From: Desulfobacterales bacterium
GTDB lineage: Bacteria > Desulfobacterota > Desulfobacteria > Desulfobacterales > UBA5616
Direction of reading: 5' to 3'
Assembly (NCBI GenBank): GCA_046483495.1
Contig: JAWODC010000001.1
Coordinates: 32,001-96,000, forward strand
Length of the DNA: 64,000 bases
The translations under genes were made by a program, and so were the position numbers. The first letter of the stretch is position 1. Each line of letters opens with the position of its first letter. This document shows, in pieces, positions 41,061 to 50,834 of this stretch. The notes beneath the pieces are model-generated. The model ran no database searches, had not been told where the DNA came from, and worked only from the letters and a program-made list of their open reading frames with translations.

Positions 41061-41253
41061 GTAAGCCTTTCCAGTAAGATTAATTGTAAAATCGAACCTG
41101 CGGCCATATAGCGCCGCCCCTTGCCGGAAATACACAGCATTTGTAATTTAGACTGCCGCTTTTTTACTACTATAGATTGGCGCATCCATGGCCTTCGGAG
41201 ACATATCGCTCTTATCTGTTCTTCGCCGTGATGCCCACTCGACAAAAGGGGCA

Positions 41254-43170
41254 TTAGGTTGAAACTCGAAGGTGCCCTTTCTTCTCCAGATCATCGGCGA
41301 TGGACTTCAACCCCAGCTGTTCCATGGTCTTTCTAGTCGGCACACCCGAAGTCTTGTCCCATCCGACAATATCGTAATAATCATCCAGCATCCTATTAAA
41401 TTGCTTTTTATCCAGACACTCGCCTTTGTATGGCCCGCTGGGGACCGGCTCGTTCATAACCCGCCCGTGAAGCGTATCATCCTTTCGGGTAATTCCTTCA
41501 CGAACCAGATAGGCCCGTTCGATGATATTGATCCTGGAGGCGACTTCCTTTATTTTTTCTTCATCGAAATTTACTCCCGTCACTGCAGTTAACAGCTCCC
41601 CCATTTCCTTGAACCGGATAGGATTATTGAACCAATCGGTGGCAAATTTACAGACCCCGATGGTGTCCGCCATGGTGCAAATAGCGGAAAACAATGCTAC
41701 AGTCGTTCCCTTGCCCTCGTAAGAAAGTGGATCCGCCGCTTTTTCTGAACCATATAGAGCTTTTGATATCTCCGGCTTCATCTTACCAAATTCGATACCG
41801 GGCCATCCGCGTTGAGGATCGGCCCCGCGACTCGATACAGCGTCGGAAAGAGCGCATCCCTTCAGACTTCTTACATCAACCTGGTCGAGATCGCCGCCTT
41901 TTGCATGGGAGATGTAATTTTCAGCCCCTTTGCCAATCTTTTCTGCGGCTAACGCGGACCCATCCGCCAGGATATCACCAAGCCCCTCCCGGCAAATGGT
42001 TTTCATCAGCAGCTGGATTTGGCTTTCATAATTGCCCCATTCGAGTTCCAGTCCATCCGTATCCCCTTTATCGATTAGCCCACGCTGGTACCATTCAAAT
42101 GCCGCGGCCAATGTAACCCCTGATGTGTCGCCGCATATCCCGTATTCGTTGCAGATGTTGTTAATTTTCAGCAGTGCAGTCTCATCCGTATTTCCGCAGG
42201 CCGGGCCGTGGGCACTCATTATGCAAAATTCCGTGCCATGCCCCTTTTCCCCCATGAACGGCCCTTTTTTGATTTTGAATTCATGCTTGCAATGTATCGG
42301 ACATCCAAAGCAAGCTCTGGTTCCGGTAACATGTTTCATTAAATTTTGCGGAGAGTAGTTTTCAATGTAACTGATCCCCCCAATCAATTGGCCATTATTG
42401 GCCATGGACCGTCCGCCTGCATCGTAATTTCCCAAATATCCCATCGTTCCAACTTTGGAGAAAAATTTGTACCCCCGTCCTTGCTTCGTCTTATACAAAA
42501 TTTCTTTTGCCAGTGCTGCATATCGAGCCGGGTTTGCAGCGTAAAACCCACGGGTTCCTCTGACGGCAACAGCTTTCAATCGCTTTGACCCCATGACGGT
42601 GCCCATGCCTGTTTTTCCACACGCGTTTCCATGATCCGTCATGATCGAGGCAAACCGAACCAGATTTTCTCCGGCAGGGCCGATCGCCGCGATACGAATG
42701 CGGGGATCCTTTAGTTCGCCTCTTATGATCGTATAGGTTTCTGAAACCACTTTGCCCCAGAGATGATTTGCATCCCTGATTTCCACGGTGCCGTCATCAA
42801 TCCAGATATAAACCGGCGTGTCTGAAACACCCTCAACGACAAGGTGGTCGTAACCGGCCCATTTCAGTTCGGGACCGAAATGCCCTCCCGCATTTGAATC
42901 TCCAAGGATGCCGGTCAGAGGGGACTTGGCGCTGACGTGTATTCTGCCCGACGTGATCAAACCGGTTCCCGTCAAAGGAGAATTTCCAAAAATTATTTTA
43001 TTTTCATCACCGAGGGGATCAATTCCCGGTTTGGTGCCATCATATAACAGGAAAGAATTCGCCCCCCTTCCGCCGATAAAATGTTCTCTCAGCCGAAGCG
43101 GGTTTTCTTCGATGGTAATTTTTTTTTGACTCAGGTCGAGCCTTAAAATGTTTCCGGTCCATCCGTACAT
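41254..43170 (-). CDS. aor: Aldehyde:ferredoxin oxidoreductase (tungsten-containing family)
   Basis: GWTGNILRLDLS, KSPLTG..GDSNAGG, GPAGENLV, CFGCPIHC, GVCKF. Confidence 0.9.
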   Translation of the reverse strand: MYGWTGNILRLDLSQKKITIEENPLRLREHFIGGRGANSFLLYDGTKPGIDPLGDENKIIFGNSPLTGTGLITSGRIHVSAKSPLTGILGDSNAGGHFGPELKWAGYDHLVVEGVSDTPVYIWIDDGTVEIRDANHLWGKVVSETYTIIRGELKDPRIRIAAIGPAGENLVRFASIMTDHGNACGKTGMGTVMGSKRLKAVAVRGTRGFYAANPARYAALAKEILYKTKQGRGYKFFSKVGTMGYLGNYDAGGRSMANNGQLIGGISYIENYSPQNLMKHVTGTRACFGCPIHCKHEFKIKKGPFMGEKGHGTEFCIMSAHGPACGNTDETALLKINNICNEYGICGDTSGVTLAAAFEWYQRGLIDKGDTDGLELEWGNYESQIQLLMKTICREGLGDILADGSALAAEKIGKGAENYISHAKGGDLDQVDVRSLKGCALSDAVSSRGADPQRGWPGIEFGKMKPEISKALYGSEKAADPLSYEGKGTTVALFSAICTMADTIGVCKFATDWFNNPIRFKEMGELLTAVTGVNFDEEKIKEVASRINIIERAYLVREGITRKDDTLHGRVMNEPVPSGPYKGECLDKKQFNRMLDDYYDIVGWDKTSGVPTRKTMEQLGLKSIADDLEKKGHLRVST

Positions 43171-43194
43171 AAAACCATTCTCCTCCTATGGCAA

Positions 43195-43656
43195 TCAGCC
43201 TTGTCGGTTCTTTTCGGACGCCTTCAATGCGGTCATGGCTTTTGTATCCACGTATTGCAGTGCTCCGGTTGGGCACCATTTCGCACATTCCGGATCTCCG
43301 CCGCAGAGATCGCATTTTATTACAGCATCCGTTTCGGGGTCGATCCGGATCGCGTTGAACGGGCATGCACCAACGCACTCGTAGCAACCGATGCATCCTT
43401 CAGGAACCATGAAAACGATTCCGCTCTCCTTGCTTCTGCGGATAGGCTTTTTCCCTTCAACCGGACAGGCTTTTTCGCAGGGCGGTGATACGCAATGCCG
43501 GCATATCATCGGGTACACGGTATCTTTATGATTCTGATAAATCCAGATCCTTGCTTTGGCAGGGTTAAACATGCCCGTTTTCATTAGAGAGCATGCCATC
43601 TCGCACATTCTACAGTTTACACACAGATCGGGTTTTGAGATGAGTTTATTGGCCAT
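43195..43656 (-). CDS. 4Fe-4S dicluster protein (AOR Fe-S subunit)
   Basis: CVNCRMCEMAC, CRHC..PPC...CP, CIGCYECVGACP, CDLCGGDP.C...CP. Confidence 0.9.
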   Translation of the reverse strand: MANKLISKPDLCVNCRMCEMACSLMKTGMFNPAKARIWIYQNHKDTVYPMICRHCVSPPCEKACPVEGKKPIRRSKESGIVFMVPEGCIGCYECVGACPFNAIRIDPETDAVIKCDLCGGDPECAKWCPTGALQYVDTKAMTALKASEKNRQG

Positions 43657-43686
43657 TTCAACTCCTTTAAGAGCGCGGGGCCTCTT

Positions 43687-45039
43687 TTACTCGCCAGACA
43701 TAATCGCATCCGCGGCCATTCGGGCGCATTTGCCGATGGCCGACATGCTGATACCTCTTGCTTCCTGCGACGTGCCGGAAACGATAAATAAGTTTGGAAA
43801 ACCCGGAACCTTCATAGAAGGCCTCTTCTGACCGACAAAACCGGGAGATTGGGCAATACCGTATATGCCCGCATGGGCAATGCGCCAATGATTGGCATCC
43901 TTCAATTTAGGATAAAGCTGAATGGATTCCCTTTCCAGCATGGCAATGGTATCCCTTATCTCCCGCCTTACCTTGGCGCTTTTCCGGTTTAGCAAATCGG
44001 GCATTTCATCGTAGTGGCCTTGATAAGAGACATGAAATTGGTACTCTCCGCTTTTGCCACCATAGCCCGGCATGGGGAAAAAGATGCCGGAGAATCCCGA
44101 TTCCGGCAGGTTGGGGGCCAATCGGAATGTTCCAAGATCAAAAAGAGGTTCATCCAAGGCATAAATAATACTCCATGCCTGGCTGATTTTAGCTCCGATC
44201 CATTTCACCCAGTCCACCCACCAATTCGGAAATTGCGATTCATCCAGAACGGAAAAGATATCCCACATGGGAACTGTAATAATTACATGATCGGATTTCA
44301 GCGTTTCTACCGGCATAACCTGGCTGTGGAACAGCCGATCACCGGTTTCAATGTTGACACCGATCACTTTCCCATTTTTTATTTCAACCGATTCAACCGG
44401 AGAATTGAGTCTTACTTCACCGCCATTTTTCTCGATGCAGTTCCTGAGCGGTTTAAGTATGCTTAGCATTCCACCTTTGATCACACCGGCAATATCTCTT
44501 AGTTTTCTTCCGGTATCCAGGATGTCGCGCAAAACGTAAATCATCTCACCTGCGGAATAGGTTTCGAACCTGTTTCCTACGCTGGTAGAGCACCCTAAAT
44601 AGAAAAAAAGCAGCCGGATACCGGGATCGTTTGAAATGCCGGCCACCCAATCATTTAACGGCACGTCATTCAGACTTGATATTTCATCACTCGAAAGTTT
44701 CATAATATTGCCTAAAACTTCCCTGAACATGTCCTGAGAGAATAGAGATCTTGAGCTTTGCCATTTTCCATCGATATAAATTTCGCTGTCCGGCAGGGGA
44801 AGGATTTCCGGATAAGGAATGTCGAGGTCCGAAAAAATGGATTCAAGATGACCGGATTGGGATGGGATATGAGCGCCATCGTCAAGCACATGGCCTTCGT
44901 ACAGTATACTTTTGGCACGACCGCCGATATCATGATCCTTCTCGAGCACCAGCACTCTTTTCCCTTTTTGAGCAAGCAAAGCACCCGAACATAAACCGCC
45001 ATACCCCGCGCCAACGATAATGACATCCCATTTACTCAT
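43687..45039 (-). CDS. NAD(P)/FAD-dependent oxidoreductase, phytoene desaturase/amine oxidase-like
   Basis: GAGYGGL, LEK...IGGRA, LDDGAH, PNLFIV. Confidence 0.8.
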   Translation of the reverse strand: MSKWDVIIVGAGYGGLCSGALLAQKGKRVLVLEKDHDIGGRAKSILYEGHVLDDGAHIPSQSGHLESIFSDLDIPYPEILPLPDSEIYIDGKWQSSRSLFSQDMFREVLGNIMKLSSDEISSLNDVPLNDWVAGISNDPGIRLLFFYLGCSTSVGNRFETYSAGEMIYVLRDILDTGRKLRDIAGVIKGGMLSILKPLRNCIEKNGGEVRLNSPVESVEIKNGKVIGVNIETGDRLFHSQVMPVETLKSDHVIITVPMWDIFSVLDESQFPNWWVDWVKWIGAKISQAWSIIYALDEPLFDLGTFRLAPNLPESGFSGIFFPMPGYGGKSGEYQFHVSYQGHYDEMPDLLNRKSAKVRREIRDTIAMLERESIQLYPKLKDANHWRIAHAGIYGIAQSPGFVGQKRPSMKVPGFPNLFIVSGTSQEARGISMSAIGKCARMAADAIMSGE

Positions 45040-45106
45040 TTGTTGCTCTCCTTTTCTTGAGTTAATTATTTCAATTGAAATAAATTGCCGCGGCGGGAGA
45101 AAGTGC

Positions 45107-47029
45107 CTAAAGCATATCGACCCATTCGGTGGCGGCTTGGTACGCCTCTTCGATCGCTTCTTTTATTCTCCGGGGTTTCCGACTGTCACCTATAATGGTA
45201 TAGGGTATATGCATTTTCTTGATATCCTCCACGCCCACGGGATCGGCATCATATCCAATGGCGATAACCAACGCATCGGCCGAAAGGGACTTGTCTCCCT
45301 CCGGGGTTCGAATAACAACCTTAGAATTTGCCACCTTGACAACTTCGGCCGACGTAAAAATATGCACACCCGCTCTTTGCAGTCTTTTGAGCAATATCCA
45401 TCTCAGACTGGCGCCCATATCCTGCAGCGGTTTGGGCAAAATCTCGACGATGGATGCATTAGCACCTTTCCCGCACAAATATTCTGCCGTCTCGCCCCCG
45501 ACAATGCCCCCCCCGATTATAATTACATCACCTCCGGGAGTTTTTCTTCCAGACAAGACGTCAGCCGCTGTATAGCATGAAATCTCGTTCCTCCCTTCCA
45601 CGGCAAAGGTTTTCGCCTTTCCGCCTGTGGCAATGATTATGCCATCGAACTCTTTGAAGTTATGTACGTCATCATTCATTCTGACGCGGATCCCAAGTCG
45701 TTTTACTTCGTGCTCTAGAAAGGATACAAGATTTTTAATTTCCGTCTTAAAAGGCGGAACCGAGGCAATATTCAACTTGCCGCCCAATGCCCCCGCTTTT
45801 TCGCTAAGGACGACGATGTGCCCCCTGTGCGCCAGGATTCTGGCCGCCTCCATGCCCGCCGGTCCGCCTCCCAAAACCAGAACTTTTTTAGGCACATTTG
45901 CCGAAACTATATCTTCCTTTCCCAAATCCGGATTTATGGAACACTCGATTTGTGAACGGGCAAATGCGCTGTCAAAACAGTGGCAGCAGCAAATGCAGTA
46001 CCGAATCGAGGAATAATCCCTCCGGCAGGCTTTTGTGGGCCATTCCGGATCGGCGATTAGAGCTCTGCCAAGGGTTATCATGTCGAGCCGACCTTCTGCC
46101 ACTGCCGCTTCCGCAAATTCCGGGCGTGTTATTCTCATGGCACAGGATACCGGAATCGCCAGGTCTTTTTTTATTGCGGCCGCATATGGGATATTTACAC
46201 CATGGGGTACTGATGGGCCAATCTGGTGCTCCGGTGCATCATGCCACCCGGATGTAACATTGATCATATTAACGCCCCATCGTTCAGCCCGGACAGCAAC
46301 CTCGCGCTGGTCATCCGCATCAAGTCCGCCGGGGACTTTGTCTTCTGATGAAATACGTAAAATGATGGGATATGTATCGCCTACTTTTCCCCTGACGGCA
46401 TGGATAACTTCTTTGACAAACGTGAGTCTTTTTTCAAAGTCGCCGCCGTATCGATCGGTTCTGGTGTTCGTCAAAGGGGATAAAAACTGGCTGATCAGGT
46501 AACCGGTTGCGCCTAAAAGTTCAATTCCTTGAAATCCGGCTTTTTTTGCTCGCAGGGCAGCTTCTGAAAAGCATTCGACAATCTCTTCTACTTCATCGGT
46601 TGACAGTTCGCGGGGTTTTTCTTTTGTATACCTGGAAGCAATCGCAGACGGTGCAACCGGATCCATCCCGGTGACCGATTTCAAAGCGTACCGTCCTGCA
46701 TGATTCAACTGGAGAAACGGTACAGATCCACCCGATTTAATCGTATCGGCGATTTCCTTGAGTTGGGGCAGCCAACCGTCATGGTCGACGCCGAGTTGGA
46801 ATGCATCTTGCCGCCCTGCCGGATGGACATGACAAGCACCAACAATTATTGCCCCAACACCCCCTTGAGCTCGTTTGAGGTAGAATCGCTTCCATTTTTC
46901 ACTTGCCTTGACCCCCTGAATCGGAAAGTTCAGTATAAGAGCGGGCATAAGGACCCTGTTTTTTATCTCCACGTCACCAATTCGAATCGGTGAAAACAAG
47001 TTGATGTTTTCAGCATTTTTTTCCGTCAT
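45107..47029 (-). CDS. 2,4-dienoyl-CoA reductase (FadH)-like OYE
   Basis: QLNHAGRY, ELLGATGYLISQFLS, GWHDA, CICCCHC, GGGPAG. Confidence 0.88.
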   Translation of the reverse strand: MTEKNAENINLFSPIRIGDVEIKNRVLMPALILNFPIQGVKASEKWKRFYLKRAQGGVGAIIVGACHVHPAGRQDAFQLGVDHDGWLPQLKEIADTIKSGGSVPFLQLNHAGRYALKSVTGMDPVAPSAIASRYTKEKPRELSTDEVEEIVECFSEAALRAKKAGFQGIELLGATGYLISQFLSPLTNTRTDRYGGDFEKRLTFVKEVIHAVRGKVGDTYPIILRISSEDKVPGGLDADDQREVAVRAERWGVNMINVTSGWHDAPEHQIGPSVPHGVNIPYAAAIKKDLAIPVSCAMRITRPEFAEAAVAEGRLDMITLGRALIADPEWPTKACRRDYSSIRYCICCCHCFDSAFARSQIECSINPDLGKEDIVSANVPKKVLVLGGGPAGMEAARILAHRGHIVVLSEKAGALGGKLNIASVPPFKTEIKNLVSFLEHEVKRLGIRVRMNDDVHNFKEFDGIIIATGGKAKTFAVEGRNEISCYTAADVLSGRKTPGGDVIIIGGGIVGGETAEYLCGKGANASIVEILPKPLQDMGASLRWILLKRLQRAGVHIFTSAEVVKVANSKVVIRTPEGDKSLSADALVIAIGYDADPVGVEDIKKMHIPYTIIGDSRKPRRIKEAIEEAYQAATEWVDML

Positions 47030-47260
47030 TGCCGCGCTCCCTATTGAGTCTGATCATTAGGGGATTGATGACCGTACGTAAAGTATTTCGTGATATCAAT
47101 TTCCGACCTAATAATCAGGGAAATCTTTTTATAGCTTGTTATCCAATTTTTTTTTCCATTATTTTTCAGCTACTTATTTATTAGGCGGATTTAGATTGGA
47201 TAGTTTTCTTTTTTTAATTGAACTGTATTTCGCCCTTTAAATTTATTTAATAAAATATCT

Positions 47261-47279
47261 ACTGACCGGTTGTCAAGTT
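47261..47279 (-). promoter_or_regulatory. Candidate operator overlapping the -35 box of the OYE-AOR operon promoter
   Basis: CTGACCGGTTGTCAAGTT; contains minus-strand TTGACA; 17/18 identical to 48093-48110. Confidence 0.6.
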
Positions 47280-47422
47280 TTTTAGTGCATCCATATAAAA
47301 TCCAAACACACATAACGATGCAAACAGCCATCCCTTCTGAATTTTCTGCATAAAAAGAAAATAATGAGATGAAAAGGTTATTTGAAATTTTTTATGACGC
47401 AAGCTCAACTTGTTAATATTAA

Positions 47423-48001
47423 CTACGATGAGAAGAGACGCCCTTCCAAAATTTTGTAAAATTGGTCGGCTATCTGATCGATGCTGTATTTGCCTTCTTC
47501 TGAGTACCAGATGCTGACCCAGTTGCACATCCCAAGTATCCCGTTTGTAACTACTGAAATATCCAAATCTTCGCCGAAGGATTCGTTCTCGGCTTTTATC
47601 TGTTGGATGATTTCCTTTACCAAATGTCCATAAATCCGGCGGCTTCGATTATATACAATTCTATTTTCATTACCCAGGTACCTGGATTCTCTTAAAAATA
47701 TATTCATACTCCGTTTATTTTTCGCCCAATGGTTCAGCTGGAACCTGAGAAATTTCTTTAATTTTTCATGACCTGAAAGTTCATCATCTTTGACGATAAG
47801 GAGCAAATGATGGGTCCATGCTTCCACATCCATCTTCACTATCGTAGCGAGTATTTCCTCCTTGCTTTTAAAATGATGAAGAACTCCGCTTTTGGTGATC
47901 CCCGATTTTTCCGCTATCATCTTAATAGAAGTGCCGTGGTATCCAAACTCGTCCATTAGTCCGATCGAAGCTTTCAATATTTTATCGTAATTATTTTTCA
48001 T
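47423..48001 (-). CDS. TetR family regulator, KstR2/PaaR-like
   Basis: GYHGTSIKMIAEKSGITKSGVLHHFKSKEEIL HTH; C-terminal ILGMCNW..IWY..EG. Confidence 0.88.
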   Translation of the reverse strand: MKNNYDKILKASIGLMDEFGYHGTSIKMIAEKSGITKSGVLHHFKSKEEILATIVKMDVEAWTHHLLLIVKDDELSGHEKLKKFLRFQLNHWAKNKRSMNIFLRESRYLGNENRIVYNRSRRIYGHLVKEIIQQIKAENESFGEDLDISVVTNGILGMCNWVSIWYSEEGKYSIDQIADQFYKILEGRLFSS

Positions 48002-48079
48002 TCGTTTCCATTTGCCAGTTCGATTTTATTGCACGGGTAAACCCTACGGTTTTAGATTGCCTTCTTCTGCTGTCCATTC

Positions 48080-48110
48080 ATATTAATTTTTCCTGACCGA
48101 TTGTCAAGTT
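48080..48110 (-). promoter_or_regulatory. Candidate autoregulated promoter/operator of tetR
   Basis: Minus-strand TTGACA (48102-48107), 16 bp, TAATAT (48080-48085); CTGACCGATTGTCAAGTT repeat. Confidence 0.6.
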
Positions 48111-48314
48111 GAAAAATATCTATAACTTATTGTTTTCGTCCATTGAAATCCGAAAGATTGCTTAGGGTCGAGCCCAACAACATTTTACCGCAGGAAAATA
48201 CCATATGGTTTGAGAATATAAATCTCCATGTAAAAGCTGAAACGGGATATGCCCATTTTCGGAACGGGCGCCAAGGATCCGATCGAAGGCATATGAAGAT
48301 GGCAAAAACAATAA

Positions 48315-49457
48315 TTATATTTTTCCGATAATTGAACGGGCGATAAGCCTCCGTTGGATCTGTGTTGTACCCCCACCAATGGAAAACACCCTCGCATCCC
48401 TGAAATACCGTTCCACCGGAAATTCAGCCGTATATCCATATCCCCCAAATATCTGAATGGCGTTGCTTGTGTGGCGATTTACCATCTCCGAGGCAAACGC
48501 CTTTGCCATAGAAGCCTTCTCCACAAGATATTCGCCTTTTTCCATGTGATCCAAAAGGTCTTCGCACATGCATCGTGTTGCATAGATGTCAGTGGCCATA
48601 TCCGCCAACATTTCCTGAATACCCTGGAATGTGGCAATCGGCACTCCGAACTGTTTGCGCTGCCTGGCATAATCCCTTGCTGATTCCATTGCCGCCTCGG
48701 CGATGCCGGCGCAAGCAACGGCTACGGCAACCCGCTCAAAAGAAAAAAACCGGGTCGTTTCAACTAAACTCTTATTTCTTGTACCTAAAAGATTTTCTTT
48801 GGGCACCCGGCAATTTTCAAAAACGATTTCACAGGTAGGTGAGCATCTGTTTCCCAGCTTTTTCATTGGCTTTTCTGCTGAAAATCCAGGGGCTTTCGTT
48901 TCCACAATAAGGGTGCTTATGCCTCTGGGTTTAGCATCCGGTTCGGTTACGGTAACAACACATATAATATCGGCTATAGATCCATTTGTAATGAAGGTTT
49001 TTCGTCCATCAAGGATAAAATCATCGCCGTCCTCACGTGCCGATGTCAGGATGCCGGCAACATTGGAGCCGGCATCCGGTTCGGTAATGGCGATGGCCCC
49101 GATCGCATTCCCCTCTGAAAGTTCGGGCAAATACTTTTCCTTCTGCTCTTTGGTGCCAAACATGTCGATCCAATGCTGACAGAAAATATGCCCAAAAGCC
49201 GAGGTATAGAGACCGGCACATGCCTTTGCCAACTCCTCTGCTATAATCGCGGTCCCGAAAAAGTCATGCCCGCCGCCACCGTATTCTTCAGGCAGTATCA
49301 AACTTAAATACCCTAATTTCATAAGATCTTTAAAGATGACTTCGGGGAAAATGCCATCTCGGTCTATTTCATCGACAATGGGTTCAAGTTCTTTTTTTAA
49401 AAAAGATCTTATTTCTTTGCGAATTAATTTATGGGATTCTGTTTTTTCATAATTCAT
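48315..49457 (-). CDS. Acyl-CoA dehydrogenase (isovaleryl/citronellyl-CoA DH-type active site)
   Basis: AITEPDAGS, GRKTFITNG, RKQFG, QIFGGYGY, RDARVFSIGGGT. Confidence 0.92.
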   Translation of the reverse strand: MNYEKTESHKLIRKEIRSFLKKELEPIVDEIDRDGIFPEVIFKDLMKLGYLSLILPEEYGGGGHDFFGTAIIAEELAKACAGLYTSAFGHIFCQHWIDMFGTKEQKEKYLPELSEGNAIGAIAITEPDAGSNVAGILTSAREDGDDFILDGRKTFITNGSIADIICVVTVTEPDAKPRGISTLIVETKAPGFSAEKPMKKLGNRCSPTCEIVFENCRVPKENLLGTRNKSLVETTRFFSFERVAVAVACAGIAEAAMESARDYARQRKQFGVPIATFQGIQEMLADMATDIYATRCMCEDLLDHMEKGEYLVEKASMAKAFASEMVNRHTSNAIQIFGGYGYTAEFPVERYFRDARVFSIGGGTTQIQRRLIARSIIGKI

Positions 49458-49612
49458 TTAAGGTCCTCGATTCCGATTTAGATTTCTTGCCGAACTAAAA
49501 TTTGCGGTTTTTGATAAAAGCTCAGGGACCCGGGGCACCTGCAATTAGATCGGATATCCGTGCCGATTATTATTTTCGCCTTTTAGATGGGCTGCGATTC
49601 TCGATTTTAAGT

Positions 49613-49628
49613 AACCAACCGGTTGGTT
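49613..49628. promoter_or_regulatory. Perfect 16-bp palindrome AACCAACCGGTTGGTT, candidate TetR operator
   Basis: Intergenic, just downstream of a minus-strand TTGACA (49662-49667) facing the ACAD gene. Confidence 0.65.
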
Positions 49629-49869
49629 GATACATTTAGTCTTCTAACAAAGTTTATAAATTGTCAAGCTTTTTGTCTTCGTCATTTAAACGAACTGCCG
49701 TTGGTTTACTTTTCCTTAATCTGCAATTCCTTTCGCTTTTCTCATTCGAAAAGCTCATGTCGCCGCTTATTAAGCCTATTACAAAATAAAGTATGAGCGA
49801 AAAGTTTGCAATTATTCTTCTTAAATTGACAAAGTTATCTTTCATGTCTATTGATATTTTTTCTTTTAT

Positions 49870-50640
49870 ATGTTTTTTATGAGGCACCTATTAAGAAATT
49901 TGGTGATAATTTTGGCACTTGCAACTATCGATAATGCAACCATCGCCTATGACAGTCTGGGTAAAGGTCAGGCTATCGTTCTAATCCATGGATTTGCCGA
50001 AAACAGGCTCAGAAACTGGAAAATTACAGGCTGGTACGATTTTTTCACAGGCAACAACCGAAGAGTTGTCGCCCCCGACCTCAGAGGGCACGGAGAAAGC
50101 CAGAAGTTTTTAAGGCCAAGCGCATATACGGTTGACCTTTTATCCCTCGATATTGTGGGGCTTTTGGATCACCTTGAAATCGCAGAAGCCGATTTGATGG
50201 GGTTTTCAATGGGGGCATGGCTATCTGTTTACATCCTGGCCCATTATCCGATGCGTTTCCGATCGGTAATTTTATGCGGCATTGGAGAAAACTTGCTAAA
50301 ACGAGGTAGACTGGCCCGCCCGGCTCCCGCTTTAAAGGAGACATATGAGATGTCAGAAAGCGGATCCAATACCCGATATTTCACAAGAGATCTCAGGGCT
50401 CTGGCTGCCTTCTCACGTGGCTTTTCATCAATGGGGATGCCACCTCTGGAACAATTATCCGCCCCGGTTCTCGTAATCGGTGGAGAATCGGACAATGTCG
50501 TGGGCAGCCCCATGTGTTTCGTCCGCAAAATTCAGAATGCCACGGTCAAAATTATTTCCGGAACAGATCACACCTCTCTTTTGGCGGAGGAAACGCTGAA
50601 AAAATCCGTGCTTGATTTTCTAAACTTATATTCCCGCTGA
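49870..50640 (+). CDS. Alpha/beta fold hydrolase
   Basis: LIHGFA, DLRGHGES, GFSMG nucleophile elbow, GESD, GTDH; start may be TTG 49912. Confidence 0.88.
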   Translation: MFFMRHLLRNLVIILALATIDNATIAYDSLGKGQAIVLIHGFAENRLRNWKITGWYDFFTGNNRRVVAPDLRGHGESQKFLRPSAYTVDLLSLDIVGLLDHLEIAEADLMGFSMGAWLSVYILAHYPMRFRSVILCGIGENLLKRGRLARPAPALKETYEMSESGSNTRYFTRDLRALAAFSRGFSSMGMPPLEQLSAPVLVIGGESDNVVGSPMCFVRKIQNATVKIISGTDHTSLLAEETLKKSVLDFLNLYSR

Positions 50641-50744
50641 TTTTTCATCCGATTGATGATATTTCGGCTGCACCTCCCAAATCCAACCAATTTAACTTGA
50701 CAAATCAGCTTTCTTTTGACAGAACGGATCGCAAAGGAAATTAG

Positions 50745-50758
50745 ACCAACCGGTCGGT
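50745..50758. promoter_or_regulatory. Candidate operator ACCAACCGGTCGGT
   Basis: 13/14 match to the core of the 49613 palindrome; downstream of TTGACA at 50716. Confidence 0.6.
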
Positions 50759-50834
50759 ATGCATTCCAAGGGGGCTGAATTTCAACAAAAGCACACCATA
50801 TTGTTCTTGATAATTCGGCTAGGGAGAATTGTCT

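Noticed and set aside
41061..41253. Possible riboswitch or sRNA after the AOR gene
   Set aside because: Only a short hairpin; no known aptamer consensus recognisable by eye
19948..43170. Selenocysteine read-through in AOR or DmsA-like genes, or class II benzoyl-CoA reductase (BamB)
   Set aside because: ORFs are full length without in-frame TGA, and no HdrA/Mvh-like bam partner genes are present
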